From positions 62,001 through 126,000 of the IMG/VR virus record IMGVR_UViG_3300042923_000601: 64,000 bases of DNA. The stretch is one strand, 5' to 3'. The position numbers and the translations under genes were made by a program. Under the pieces are notes generated by a model. It saw only the letters and a program-made list of their open reading frames with translations. It searched no databases and was not told the DNA's origin. Below, in pieces: positions 17,112 through 26,863 of the stretch. Numbering within the stretch: position 1 is the first letter of the stretch; each line of letters begins with the position of its first letter.

Positions 17112-19223
17112 TCACTTCTTCTTAGCAAGATATTCCGGCTTGAAGACCAGTCGGATATCCTTCTTGGACATGTGTGAGATGCTATCTACCACCTGATCCT
17201 TAACCGGAGTCAAATCGTTGAACTTGAACTTCAACTTAAGCCCACAGGTCAGGAATGTGGCATTAAACATGTCAACAACGCGAGAGTTATGGTTGTCCAT
17301 GTCAATTTCAAGGTCCTCTTTGAAGATGTCTACGTTAAGCAGACGGTTGAACTCGCGGCGACCTACGACCGATGTGCAATAGAGCCGGGTCATGTAGTTA
17401 ATCGCTGCTGGGTCATTACAGAGATCAAGAACGTCCATTTCCATATTACCAAGACGGATCGCCTGATTGTTAAACAGGGCTGTCCCTCTGCTATAGGCAT
17501 TGGACTTAATCGGCAGGAAGGTACGTGGATTGATTGTACCCTTCGATCTGGCTGAGAACTTTGTAATCGGTTCGTGCTTCAACCGGTATACATAGGTCGG
17601 AGCCACAATAACCTTACGCTGGATCGTTGAAGTCGTACCGTCTGGGTTCTTAAGGATCAAACGGGACTTCTTCGGATCAAACTTCTCAATCAACTTCTGA
17701 TAATTCTTAAAGCTGACGCTGTGTTCAGCCGATTGGAAGATGACGAAATCCTTTGTGATTTCAGCCAAGAACTGCTTGCGCTCATCGGCTTTCAGGGATT
17801 CATACATCCGTTCAACCTGCTTACCTTGCTTTGGATTAACCAGCGCGAGGAAGTCAAGAATCCCCTCGTACTTCTTCTTCGGAGATTCATCACTGTTCAG
17901 AATCTGATCCATAATCCAGTTTTCTTCGTGCTCACTCGACTGTGCAGGGTTGAGCCGCCCAACCATACTAAGCGCGTTGTATTCGATCTCAATATGCTTC
18001 CCAGTCTTCTTGTCGATAGGCATCATGTCGTCAGGGACGATCTCACTGATAACCCCCTTGTTACCAAACCGCCCAACCAGCTTAGAGCCTTGCTTCACTT
18101 TGGATGTGCTGGCTACTGTAATAACGATAATCATATTGTCGAACACTGAAGACATCTCCGTATTCCACCGGGTATGTTTACCGATACTCAAAGCATCCTT
18201 TGCACGAGCGTAATAGATACCCATCGTGTCGGAGTAGCTATTCTTCGGGTCAGATGATATCTCTTCGACTGTGTCACGAATCTCTCTCCAGAAATTTGTG
18301 ATCGAGTCCAGATACCAGTTTACCTGCTTGTGGGCAGCGTCAGTTGGAAGCTCATCGTGCGGGGTATTGCAATAGATGTCAATATCAACAACACGGGAGC
18401 ATGGGCTACTTTCTGTTACGTACGTTGTATCCCCGAACCTACGCTCTCTAAGGTTCTTATTCTTCAAACCGTAGAGGGCATTGCTATAATCCACACGCCG
18501 CCGTGCTACCAGAATTCGATCCTTTACCTTTTCACCGATATCAGGAAACGCTTTATACGACCCAGTGTTGCCGCCGTACAGGTTAAGGAAGATATCGTTA
18601 TTATTCTTAGGGATGGTAAACTGATCGACCGATGTTGTTTCTAGCTTAGTCCGCAGCGATTCCGAAATGCGAAGCGCATCCTCAACTAGAGCAACGTCGG
18701 ATAGATAGGCTGTTTCTGCATTCACGCCGAGGCGATAGTTCATATCGTCATCATATGCGTTCGATTTATACACAACATCGCCTTTCTTGATCGTAGAACC
18801 CACTTTCTTGGAGTCCATATACTCATTATTGATAAGAGTACCGCTAGATTCAGCGAAGGATTCCACTTCATTTCGAACGAGTAGGTCATATCGGTTGCTG
18901 TTCTTATCCTTTACGACAAGAACGTATACCATATCACTACCCTTGAACTTCTGAATCTTCTTCACAATCTCATAGTTCTTGTCTGCCTTCTGAAAAGAAG
19001 TTGACCGGTCGCCGTACATTTTCTCCCACCCTGTAGACATGCGGGCGATCTCCGGATTATTAAGATTCTTAGCCTGTGGTATTTGAGAATATACCATCGC
19101 GGCCCGAGATGAGTTAACGTGATTGGCAAGCGGTGTCATCAGTCCGCTACCATACACATAGTCCATGTTCTTGATGCCTGCAGCTATTCGGTGCAAGTCC
19201 TCCATCTGTTCGGGTTTAATCAT
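17112..19223 (-). CDS. RNA polymerase beta subunit, C-terminal part (probably non-virion RNAP)
   Basis: NHVNSSRAAMVYSQ, GSKLVGRFGNKGVIS, YRLKH, RLGNMEMDVL (RpoB DPBB and C-terminal motifs). Early promoter at 19293-19303. Confidence 0.92.
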   Translation of the reverse strand: MIKPEQMEDLHRIAAGIKNMDYVYGSGLMTPLANHVNSSRAAMVYSQIPQAKNLNNPEIARMSTGWEKMYGDRSTSFQKADKNYEIVKKIQKFKGSDMVYVLVVKDKNSNRYDLLVRNEVESFAESSGTLINNEYMDSKKVGSTIKKGDVVYKSNAYDDDMNYRLGVNAETAYLSDVALVEDALRISESLRTKLETTSVDQFTIPKNNNDIFLNLYGGNTGSYKAFPDIGEKVKDRILVARRRVDYSNALYGLKNKNLRERRFGDTTYVTESSPCSRVVDIDIYCNTPHDELPTDAAHKQVNWYLDSITNFWREIRDTVEEISSDPKNSYSDTMGIYYARAKDALSIGKHTRWNTEMSSVFDNMIIVITVASTSKVKQGSKLVGRFGNKGVISEIVPDDMMPIDKKTGKHIEIEYNALSMVGRLNPAQSSEHEENWIMDQILNSDESPKKKYEGILDFLALVNPKQGKQVERMYESLKADERKQFLAEITKDFVIFQSAEHSVSFKNYQKLIEKFDPKKSRLILKNPDGTTSTIQRKVIVAPTYVYRLKHEPITKFSARSKGTINPRTFLPIKSNAYSRGTALFNNQAIRLGNMEMDVLDLCNDPAAINYMTRLYCTSVVGRREFNRLLNVDIFKEDLEIDMDNHNSRVVDMFNATFLTCGLKLKFKFNDLTPVKDQVVDSISHMSKKDIRLVFKPEYLAKKK

Positions 19224-19306
19224 GCCACACTCTCCTTATTAGTAGGTCAAATAGACGCGAGAGATGAGCGGTAGCCCATCTCTCTGCATTGTTATAATAT
19301 ATATTT

Positions 19307-20617
19307 TTAATCAAAATCTACCCAGCCAAGCTTCTTAGCTTCCTCAACGTCGCGCTGATGATCTTCAAGAGCCAGATACATAGCGTCAAGACGTTGACTG
19401 GATGTTTCCTCTGCACCGCGACCAGTGTCAGTAGACAGCATGGATTGCAGTGAAGGCAGAGCGGCTTCAACCAAAGCCATCATAACTTCCGGATCGCGCA
19501 GGGCGACTTCTTCAAACGTTTTACGGGTGAACCGTGTGCGTTGAAGACCCGGGATGAATAACTGCGTGCTTGGACCTTGAAGTAAGCCCAGCTGGTGTAC
19601 ATAATGAAGCAGCGTCAGCGCTTTGGAGAATCCACCGCGACGTTGGTCGAAGATCATTTCGATTGGCACATTAGACGCGTTTGTACGAGATTTCAGCATA
19701 CGGGCTTCAGCAATGAATCCCGGGATACCATACTCACACTTGTCCGACTTGCTCATATCGAACTTCTTGAGAACCTTGAGTTTAATGATGTTATTCGCCA
19801 AATACAAGCTCGCCGAACCACCCGGCATCGACTCGTCCTGAGTCAAATACATATGCTGGGATGGCTTAGGCAAGAAGCCTGTGTTAACGTTAGGGTTAAG
19901 ATGGTTGACACAGTTCAAGGATACGTTGGCTGTTTTGCCATATCCAATCATCTGAGTCAGTACACCTTTATTGAACTTTGCGGACTGTGCTGCGATCATG
20001 TTATGCGTTACGTTATCAACCGTTGTGTCCTTCTTGGACAGGTCAATATCTTCCGACTTAAACATGGCAAGCGAGTCCAGCAAAACAGCGGACGGGTAGT
20101 ACTCCCAGATGTCTTCGTTGTATAGATTCTTGACCCCGGTATTATAGTAGTACTCTTTCCGGTTGTCAATCTTAACCTTACAGTGGTCGGCAAACATGTC
20201 AACCACCGTTTCAGCACCGCGTTCCCGGTACATTTCATACGTATTACGCAGAAGTGATGGAGGGATACGCAGTATCTTCATCGGACGCTGCATGGTGGAT
20301 GCCATTTCAAGGTCATGATGCTGTACTGCTGACATATCGCCAAATTTATGGATACCGGATGCTGACAGCTCAATAGCCAGCGCCGATTTACCTGTACCCG
20401 ATAGGCCAATTGTAGTGGTCATGGTGCCATTTACCAGACCAATCAGGTCAGTATACCCAGTTGGTCGGTCGTATTCGTCATACGCTGTTACCCGGACCCC
20501 GTTTGCGTAGTCGAGCGGTAGGAACCCAGAGGGAGTCGAAATCTCCGTAACAATTTGATTACTTGCACCCTTTTTCTTGCCTTTTCGTTCGTCACTTACC
20601 TTCGATAATAGGGACAT
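19307..20617 (-). CDS. uvsX: RecA/UvsX-like recombinase
   Basis: Walker A GLSGTGKS, Walker B LLDSLA, VNHL and PGGSASLYLA motifs of the RecA fold. Confidence 0.85.
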   Translation of the reverse strand: MSLLSKVSDERKGKKKGASNQIVTEISTPSGFLPLDYANGVRVTAYDEYDRPTGYTDLIGLVNGTMTTTIGLSGTGKSALAIELSASGIHKFGDMSAVQHHDLEMASTMQRPMKILRIPPSLLRNTYEMYRERGAETVVDMFADHCKVKIDNRKEYYYNTGVKNLYNEDIWEYYPSAVLLDSLAMFKSEDIDLSKKDTTVDNVTHNMIAAQSAKFNKGVLTQMIGYGKTANVSLNCVNHLNPNVNTGFLPKPSQHMYLTQDESMPGGSASLYLANNIIKLKVLKKFDMSKSDKCEYGIPGFIAEARMLKSRTNASNVPIEMIFDQRRGGFSKALTLLHYVHQLGLLQGPSTQLFIPGLQRTRFTRKTFEEVALRDPEVMMALVEAALPSLQSMLSTDTGRGAEETSSQRLDAMYLALEDHQRDVEEAKKLGWVDFD

Positions 20618-20700
20618 GTATGAGTGCTCCTTTCCTTGATTTATAGCGTGTTGGGTAACTCATTTAATTTCAAGAAAAAAGGAATAGAGGCGAATCGCCT

Positions 20701-21384
20701 CTATTCTTCCGTTGGTACTGGAGTAAGCGCCTGTGCCAGCTTAGTTGCCGATCCCAGATAAATACCCTTATCGATAAGCTCTGCCATAAAATCTGCTGGT
20801 GCCAGCTTAACCAGCGGCTGCTCATACGTTTGTGTTGCCTTAGTGATGTCCATGTTCAGTCTAGGCTTACTTGCTGGTGGATATACGACTTTACGCTTAG
20901 CTACAAAGAAACTACCCGGGAACCCATACTCATACTCGAAAGAAAGTGGTTGGGTCCGATCGATATCAACCAGTACCAGTGTCAGCCGATGTGAAAATCC
21001 TTCATCAGCCAATTCAAACCCGACGACATAGCCGTTTGTGATAGTCACAGCGGTGATAGCTTCAATACTCCGTGTTTCGACATTGAACGCGACTACCGTA
21101 CGGTCAGTGTGTTCGTCGGCGGAAGTAAGATATAGTACATCTTCACCATCGGCATCGTCACGAGCAATGAAGGTTACAGGTGCTGTCGGGTGGATGCTAC
21201 CCGGTAAGGTAATGTCGAGGAAATGTTCAGGGTCGATGTTAATCTTGAACTGTGAGTTCTCGAACCCGTTGATTCCTACCCAGTATGTAGGCGTACTACC
21301 ATCAGGGCTCTTTCCGATATTTACATTCCAGCCCAGCTGGTCGGAATCTCTATCATTGTCAGTCAAATCGAGCACTCTAAGCAT
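20701..21384 (-). CDS. Hypothetical protein (227 aa, beta-rich)
   Basis: ORF with SD, flanked by terminator-like hairpins at 20675-20706 and 21415-21450. Confidence 0.55.
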   Translation of the reverse strand: MLRVLDLTDNDRDSDQLGWNVNIGKSPDGSTPTYWVGINGFENSQFKINIDPEHFLDITLPGSIHPTAPVTFIARDDADGEDVLYLTSADEHTDRTVVAFNVETRSIEAITAVTITNGYVVGFELADEGFSHRLTLVLVDIDRTQPLSFEYEYGFPGSFFVAKRKVVYPPASKPRLNMDITKATQTYEQPLVKLAPADFMAELIDKGIYLGSATKLAQALTPVPTEE

Positions 21385-21457
21385 AGTAATTCAGTCCTCT
21401 CCATTAAAATTAGGAAAAAAATAAAGGCGGTGTAAACCAACCGCCCTTATTGCTGTG

Positions 21458-22489
21458 TTACCGTTTGTTTGATACGGGTTTCTTTTTATCAGACACCCGA
21501 AGCTGATCCAGATATGTTGCATACAGCGCTCCGTTTTTCTTCGCAAGCTTCTTGCACATCTTCGTGATCTTCGGATAATCATCCTTACTAATGGATGAGA
21601 ACCGAATCCGCCGTTCGATGACCTTGTCGCTTTCTTCACGCCGACGCGCGCTGCAATACTTCTGGAGAATGTCTTTAACTTCATCTTTGGAAAGTGCCTC
21701 GATTTCATCCAGTGCGATGTTGGTGAGTAGAGAGTATAATTCCTTGTCGATCCAAGACGGCACTTGATTTCGTTTATCGAGGAGAAGGTAGAGTCCCACG
21801 GTCGGCAACTCTTTCTTGCTGTACATACGCTTAAGGAGCTTAAGCACCTTATCGTAGTTATGAGTCTTGACCTCCCGGTACAAGACCCCTGCAGCCGCCC
21901 ATACGGTATATTTAGGGGCACCGTGCGAGAATAGAGCCAGACGCAGCGCCTGTTCCCATTCCACTCCAGGTACATTCAAATCCCGAATCCGGCGGATGCG
22001 CTCTTCGTTCAAATCTTCGTACAGGTTAGTGTATATAGCGATAGCTTCGCGGTGATGGGATAGTCCTTTGCCGAAAGGCTTAGACAACTCTGCTACACCC
22101 CGAGCCAATACCTCGCTGAATTCCTCCCCGTTTTCTTCAATCAATTCTTTATGCTGCTTCACAAGTTTCGGAAGAGCAGATGCGAAAGCGAAGTCCATAA
22201 GCATATTGTAGATATACTTAGGTTCCTTTGCATCCTTTACACGATTCCGCCAATCACGGTAGTGTTGGAACATCGTGGTAAAATGTTCCTCGATAGACAC
22301 TTCTATCACCCCCAAATCTCGTTTAAGCATTTCTTTCGGATTGTTATACGCCTCTGTCAAGTCCTTAAAGGACATGCCTCTTCGGCGATTTTGATTGCGA
22401 TTATTCCCATTCCGGGAACCGCCCTCACCGCCGGATTGACCGCCCTTTTTAGAAGAACCTGAAGAGGGGGGTAAAATTTTGACTTGCAT
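21458..22489 (-). CDS. Hypothetical helical protein with disordered basic N-terminus, downstream of tubulin
   Basis: 343 aa; N-terminus GSSKKGGQSGGEGGSRNGNNRNQNRRR. Confidence 0.6.
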   Translation of the reverse strand: MQVKILPPSSGSSKKGGQSGGEGGSRNGNNRNQNRRRGMSFKDLTEAYNNPKEMLKRDLGVIEVSIEEHFTTMFQHYRDWRNRVKDAKEPKYIYNMLMDFAFASALPKLVKQHKELIEENGEEFSEVLARGVAELSKPFGKGLSHHREAIAIYTNLYEDLNEERIRRIRDLNVPGVEWEQALRLALFSHGAPKYTVWAAAGVLYREVKTHNYDKVLKLLKRMYSKKELPTVGLYLLLDKRNQVPSWIDKELYSLLTNIALDEIEALSKDEVKDILQKYCSARRREESDKVIERRIRFSSISKDDYPKITKMCKKLAKKNGALYATYLDQLRVSDKKKPVSNKR

Positions 22490-22529
22490 TCGTTACGCCC
22501 CCTTCGTGATGTTCAAGTTCATCGTCTAA

Positions 22530-23732
22530 TTAAAATTCTTCCAAGAAAGTGTCGCCGGAACCGCGTTGATTCGAGGAACCATCGCCAGCAAAGGTCAACT
22601 TCTCGTTATTGCGTTTGATCTCAGGTAACCGATCTTTTTCCTTCTGGCTGGATTCTTCAGCGATGCGGGTTTCAATCTGTTTAAACCGTTCGACAGGAGC
22701 TGCCGTTCCAGTTACAATGATACCAAACTCCGGACCTTGCTTGATGCTGTCCGAGCGCTGTTGCAAATGCTTGAATACCAAGCCTTCACTCGGACGACCA
22801 ATAGTGTCCTGAATGTCATTGAAGGTGGTGTCGATTTGACGATACACGTCGTTATGAGTGCTCATAAAGATACCGTATGCCGATGGGTCTTTGGTAAATA
22901 CGGCGGTGCTGTTGTCGATAGCCGCTTTAACACGCGGTACCAGATCAACTGTTTCTTCTGCTACTGTAATATTCAATCTGTCGATAGTAACGACCGAGAG
23001 CAATCCTGAGAAAGATGTGAGACGTGCATAGTCTCTTCCGTCAATATTGCTTCTCGTGTTCTCCACGAAGTATTCTTTGGTGAGCAGGCGGATTGCATTG
23101 ACAGCGTCATGATTGACGGCTTCATATACATCATCACCTACTTTTCCTCTGACACGGTTGTTGTCAAATAGCATGTATGGCGCTCCTGCGGTCTTGGTTT
23201 CAAGATCGGACAGGAAGTCCCGCATGTTTTCTTGCGATTGGCGAGGCTCTTTCAAGCTACCAAGCAGTCCAACTGCGATAATTGTTTTATTAGGGAATTC
23301 ACGTTTAAGGAAGTTAGTGACCATGACAGATACGATCGTACCTGTACCGCCACCACCGGTTCCTACCACGTAGATGAGATCATGAGCGACCAGTTCCTGT
23401 GTCTTCTCATCTTCAAAGAAGCTTTTATAGTATTGCTTAAACTGAGTTGCTGAGAAGTTCCGGTCTTGCCCGGAGCCGTTGATTCCTGTAATGGCGAATT
23501 TGCCCAGTACATTCAGAGCCTTCATATCAGCCTCAGTTGTATTCAGTGCGATTGTATAGTAATCATATTCTGTCAGCAAGTGTGCTACGTTACCGCCGCC
23601 TGCACCTACTCCAATTACTCCTGCTAATTTCTTCGGCATGTTGCCTACCCCTCTCATCTGCTGAATTGCTTGACGTGCAGGTTGATTTTCTTTCAACCCT
23701 TCAAGTAAACGTTGCGAGGCTTCATTTGACAT
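22530..23732 (-). CDS. Tubulin/FtsZ-family GTPase (PhuZ/TubZ-like)
   Basis: GVGAGGGN (T1), GSGQDR (T3), GGGGTGT (T4), NIDGRD (T7). Start MSNE at 23732 with SD; early promoter at 23790-23800. Confidence 0.92.
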   Translation of the reverse strand: MSNEASQRLLEGLKENQPARQAIQQMRGVGNMPKKLAGVIGVGAGGGNVAHLLTEYDYYTIALNTTEADMKALNVLGKFAITGINGSGQDRNFSATQFKQYYKSFFEDEKTQELVAHDLIYVVGTGGGGTGTIVSVMVTNFLKREFPNKTIIAVGLLGSLKEPRQSQENMRDFLSDLETKTAGAPYMLFDNNRVRGKVGDDVYEAVNHDAVNAIRLLTKEYFVENTRSNIDGRDYARLTSFSGLLSVVTIDRLNITVAEETVDLVPRVKAAIDNSTAVFTKDPSAYGIFMSTHNDVYRQIDTTFNDIQDTIGRPSEGLVFKHLQQRSDSIKQGPEFGIIVTGTAAPVERFKQIETRIAEESSQKEKDRLPEIKRNNEKLTFAGDGSSNQRGSGDTFLEEF

Positions 23733-23887
23733 GAATAATTTCCTCCTAATAGTTCGAATTCTGACCAATTATGTATGGTCATACATCTCTATAATATATA
23801 AGTAATAAATCAATTGACGGTACGAACTCTCCGGCTAACTCTGCCGGAGAGCGACCTATTAGGAAGAGCCCTAAGACTCCTTTCTGA

Positions 23888-24784
23888 TTAGTTTAGTTGA
23901 GGTGCTGTAATAGCTACTTTGTTTAAAGTTAGTGAAGAATTTTTTTCTAATTTTGTGGATACGATATTGGCATATTTTTGACCAAGTTCGCCTCCATTAT
24001 ATCGAATCAGTGCCTTTTGGACACCGTATTCTTTGACCAAATCAGACAAGTAGTTAATCGAAATTGTAGCATTAATCCGCTTGTCCGTACCCATGGTACT
24101 ATGATTATATGTACCTAGGTGAAGTGAATCTTCGTAAATCCATTTGGCCGTGCCTTTAATGACTTGGCCCCACCCGGATGCGGACGACGATTTACTTTTC
24201 GCCTTAGAGTTATAACCACTCTCTAGTTCTACTAATGAGAACCAGAGATGCGGGTTCACTACTCCACCTGCCTCCTTGGTAATGGAAATAATCATTTTAA
24301 TATCATCTATAGTGAAATCCGAAGTCGGATAGTTAAGGACGTATCCATACTCTTTTTCGAGGGATACATTAGCTTCTTTCTTCTTATTCTCAGTGACAAG
24401 CGAGTTGTACTTGTCCTGAACTTCTTTATACTTGGATTCGTAGTATGACTTTTCATAATTGGATGTGTAGTACTTGTCATTCAGCTCGTCAGCTTTCTCG
24501 GTGACGGTTGTTAACTGTGCTTTAAGTTCTTCAACAAAAACATCTTCATCAAGTGCCATAACGCGAGTTGATCTACCGGCTTCAAATACATATGTGGCAG
24601 GCTGTACTTCCACAGCCTGAACTTCTTCTTCGGGATGTGTAACGGTGGCGTATACGACTTGTACGCCCATGGTAGCCAGGCAGATCAATGCTACAGCCAA
24701 AGTTGCAATTACAGCAGATGCCATCGTAAACCGCTTGCGATCTACAACGCGGTACCGTGCTTTATTGTTTTTAAGTGTAAACAT
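23888..24784 (-). CDS. Membrane-anchored lytic transglycosylase (SLT family)
   Basis: N-terminal TM helix, coiled coil, then LVELESGYN..SSASGWGQV..ALIRYNGG. Start moved to 24784 (SD). Confidence 0.85.
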   Translation of the reverse strand: MFTLKNNKARYRVVDRKRFTMASAVIATLAVALICLATMGVQVVYATVTHPEEEVQAVEVQPATYVFEAGRSTRVMALDEDVFVEELKAQLTTVTEKADELNDKYYTSNYEKSYYESKYKEVQDKYNSLVTENKKKEANVSLEKEYGYVLNYPTSDFTIDDIKMIISITKEAGGVVNPHLWFSLVELESGYNSKAKSKSSSASGWGQVIKGTAKWIYEDSLHLGTYNHSTMGTDKRINATISINYLSDLVKEYGVQKALIRYNGGELGQKYANIVSTKLEKNSSLTLNKVAITAPQLN

Positions 24785-24837
24785 TTGTATCACTCCTGTG
24801 TGTGAGTTCAAAAGAAAGGGTAATGCCATAAAAGGCA

Positions 24838-24978
24838 TTATCCCTTTTGTTTGATCTGGTTTTCGTTAAGCTGTTGGCCGGACAGAATGTTGCCAATGGC
24901 AACTTCTTGAATCAGCCCTACTTGTGGCAAGGGTTGTTTCGGGTCCTTTTTATCAGACACCGCTTTCTCATTTGTCAT
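24838..24978 (-). CDS. Small protein (46 aa, MTNEKAV...)
   Basis: AAGGAGG SD before the ATG at 24978; its stop abuts the SLT gene leader. Confidence 0.5.
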   Translation of the reverse strand: MTNEKAVSDKKDPKQPLPQVGLIQEVAIGNILSGQQLNENQIKQKG

Positions 24979-25142
24979 AGCAATCCTCCTTCTCAATTTG
25001 GTTGGCAGCCGCGTCCGAAAGCCTTCACACCTTTGGTGATTAGGCAACGAATAAAGTACGAAAAAGTAAAACTCAAGTAGGACCGGCGCAATACCTCCTA
25101 TATATCTAGTGTTGGCCGGTTCTACTTTTGTAAAATTTGGTA

Positions 25143-25877
25143 TTAGTCGTTATATATCTTACCGCCGCGAGAAATCGTAATAGGCAGCATGCCGTTAGGG
25201 TCAACAAGGTCAGACTCATACCCGGCTGCCAAGAGAAGGAAGTTCATATAATTGAGAGATGTCTTGTTCTCCGGACTACTTGGAAGTTCATCCAGAGACA
25301 CACTACCCTTACGCTGAATCTGGTACAGCATTTCATTCTGCATCACAAGATCATCCGCGCGTGGCCCATAAAACTCCGCCAGTGTGTTGGGTGAGTTCTG
25401 AACGAACAGCTGGTACATTTCACTATTCGAGATACGAGCGTTCTTATCCTCGTCGATAACCTGATTCGTTTTCGGGTTTCGCTTGTCACTAGAAGTGGAC
25501 AAGTGGTTTTTAACCGACAGGGACTGTTGTACCCGGCGTTGTGGAGCGTATCCAATAAAGACCTTTTCGTTCGAGACATACGGATTATCCTTGTCCTCAC
25601 TGATGTGAGGGAGAACGAGATAGTCCTCAACCAATACGTTAGCTGTTTGAGCTGCGGTATTGATTTCCTCAACGGTCAGGTTATCCTCAAAGTGATCCAG
25701 TTCTATGAAGAAGCGTTCGGTTGGGTCTAAGAGAAACTCCTTAAATACCTTCTTGAACTCTTCCTCGGACAAACCGTCATAATATTCTTTATACTTCTGT
25801 GTATTTGCACCCGACTTATCCAAACCGTCAATAACGGAGTAGATGTAGTCAAGCAATGGCTGATGTTTCTTTGCCAT
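25143..25877 (-). CDS. RNA polymerase beta extreme C-terminal fragment (probably virion RNAP subunit)
   Basis: VFIGYAPQRRVQQ..KNH..TNQV..ARISNSEMYQL..GPRADD..LLLAAGY aligns by eye with RpoB VGYMYMLKLxH..TQQP..QRFGEMEVWAL..TVKSDD..LQSLG. Lies in an operon behind a late promoter. Confidence 0.7.
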   Translation of the reverse strand: MAKKHQPLLDYIYSVIDGLDKSGANTQKYKEYYDGLSEEEFKKVFKEFLLDPTERFFIELDHFEDNLTVEEINTAAQTANVLVEDYLVLPHISEDKDNPYVSNEKVFIGYAPQRRVQQSLSVKNHLSTSSDKRNPKTNQVIDEDKNARISNSEMYQLFVQNSPNTLAEFYGPRADDLVMQNEMLYQIQRKGSVSLDELPSSPENKTSLNYMNFLLLAAGYESDLVDPNGMLPITISRGGKIYND

Positions 25878-25891
25878 GTTAACTCCTCCTA

Positions 25892-26860
25892 TCAGAATAC
25901 ATCTTCACCCTTCGTAAAGAACGAGTGGATAATGACTCCGCCGAGGGGTGTAAAGCTAAACCCTGCAGAGTCTTTATGCCCACCGGATGAGAGTAGTGGT
26001 GTAAGTTTAGTCTCAATACGTTTAATGACGTCAAGTGAGTTAATGGACGAAGTGGCCTTAGCCCGGATCGACCCGGTTCTTGTCAGCATATTAAGCCCAA
26101 TCACATAGTCCAGGTTGTTATCCACAATGAGCTGATTGAATGCCTTGGACACCCAGTCGTAGCGCTCAGCTGTAACGTACCCGTACCGATATCCATTCTC
26201 GTCAGTCATAATAATCATCGTATCCTGCAGACTTGCAACATACCGATCCCGATTCAATTCAAAGGTATCGATGGCTGCTTGTTCAGCTGCATCAAACGTC
26301 AACTCCATGCGGGTAGTGAAACGATTTACAAAGTAGGGTCTGCCCAATGCATAGAACAACGTGTTCAGCTGGGCAGACTTCGGATGCTTATGCTTCCATG
26401 TATCCCAATCGTCGACTAGTGTCACGAAATCACCAAGCGCCTCAATGAGGAGCGGATTTACGACTGCAGAAGCAAGCGTATCCACCATATAGTCGTAGAA
26501 AATCTTTGTAGCGCATGTGCCGATCTCGATATATACCCGATCGGACATCATGTCCTTCAGTTGGGAACTAGCATGATGATCAAATACGTATACGTCAACA
26601 CCCCGCTCAATCAACAAACTGTATGTATCGAGCGTAGGGCTATGATCACAAATGTAAACAGTTCGACCATCAAGTTCGCCCATAGTGAGTAGGCTTCGGA
26701 TTGTGATATCCAAAATCGCATTATCAACGTAATACGCCTCTGGAGCCGTATCCATTAAGACACGGTATACAACCTCTGGACCAATACCATCCAGATCAGT
26801 ATGAAGAATCATTATTTCGGGTTTTGTCAAATCGGTTACCATTACACTCGCCCCAATCAT
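25892..26860 (-). CDS. DHH/DHHA1-family phosphoesterase
   Basis: HTDLDG, ICDH, FDHH and GGHKDSAGF motifs. Confidence 0.88.
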   Translation of the reverse strand: MIGASVMVTDLTKPEIMILHTDLDGIGPEVVYRVLMDTAPEAYYVDNAILDITIRSLLTMGELDGRTVYICDHSPTLDTYSLLIERGVDVYVFDHHASSQLKDMMSDRVYIEIGTCATKIFYDYMVDTLASAVVNPLLIEALGDFVTLVDDWDTWKHKHPKSAQLNTLFYALGRPYFVNRFTTRMELTFDAAEQAAIDTFELNRDRYVASLQDTMIIMTDENGYRYGYVTAERYDWVSKAFNQLIVDNNLDYVIGLNMLTRTGSIRAKATSSINSLDVIKRIETKLTPLLSSGGHKDSAGFSFTPLGGVIIHSFFTKGEDVF

Positions 26861-26863
26861 GGA

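Noticed and set aside
24995-25093. TTG-started ~32-codon ORF after GGAGG upstream of the 46-aa gene
   Set aside because: Very short SD spacing and no recognisable features; more likely a 5' leader.
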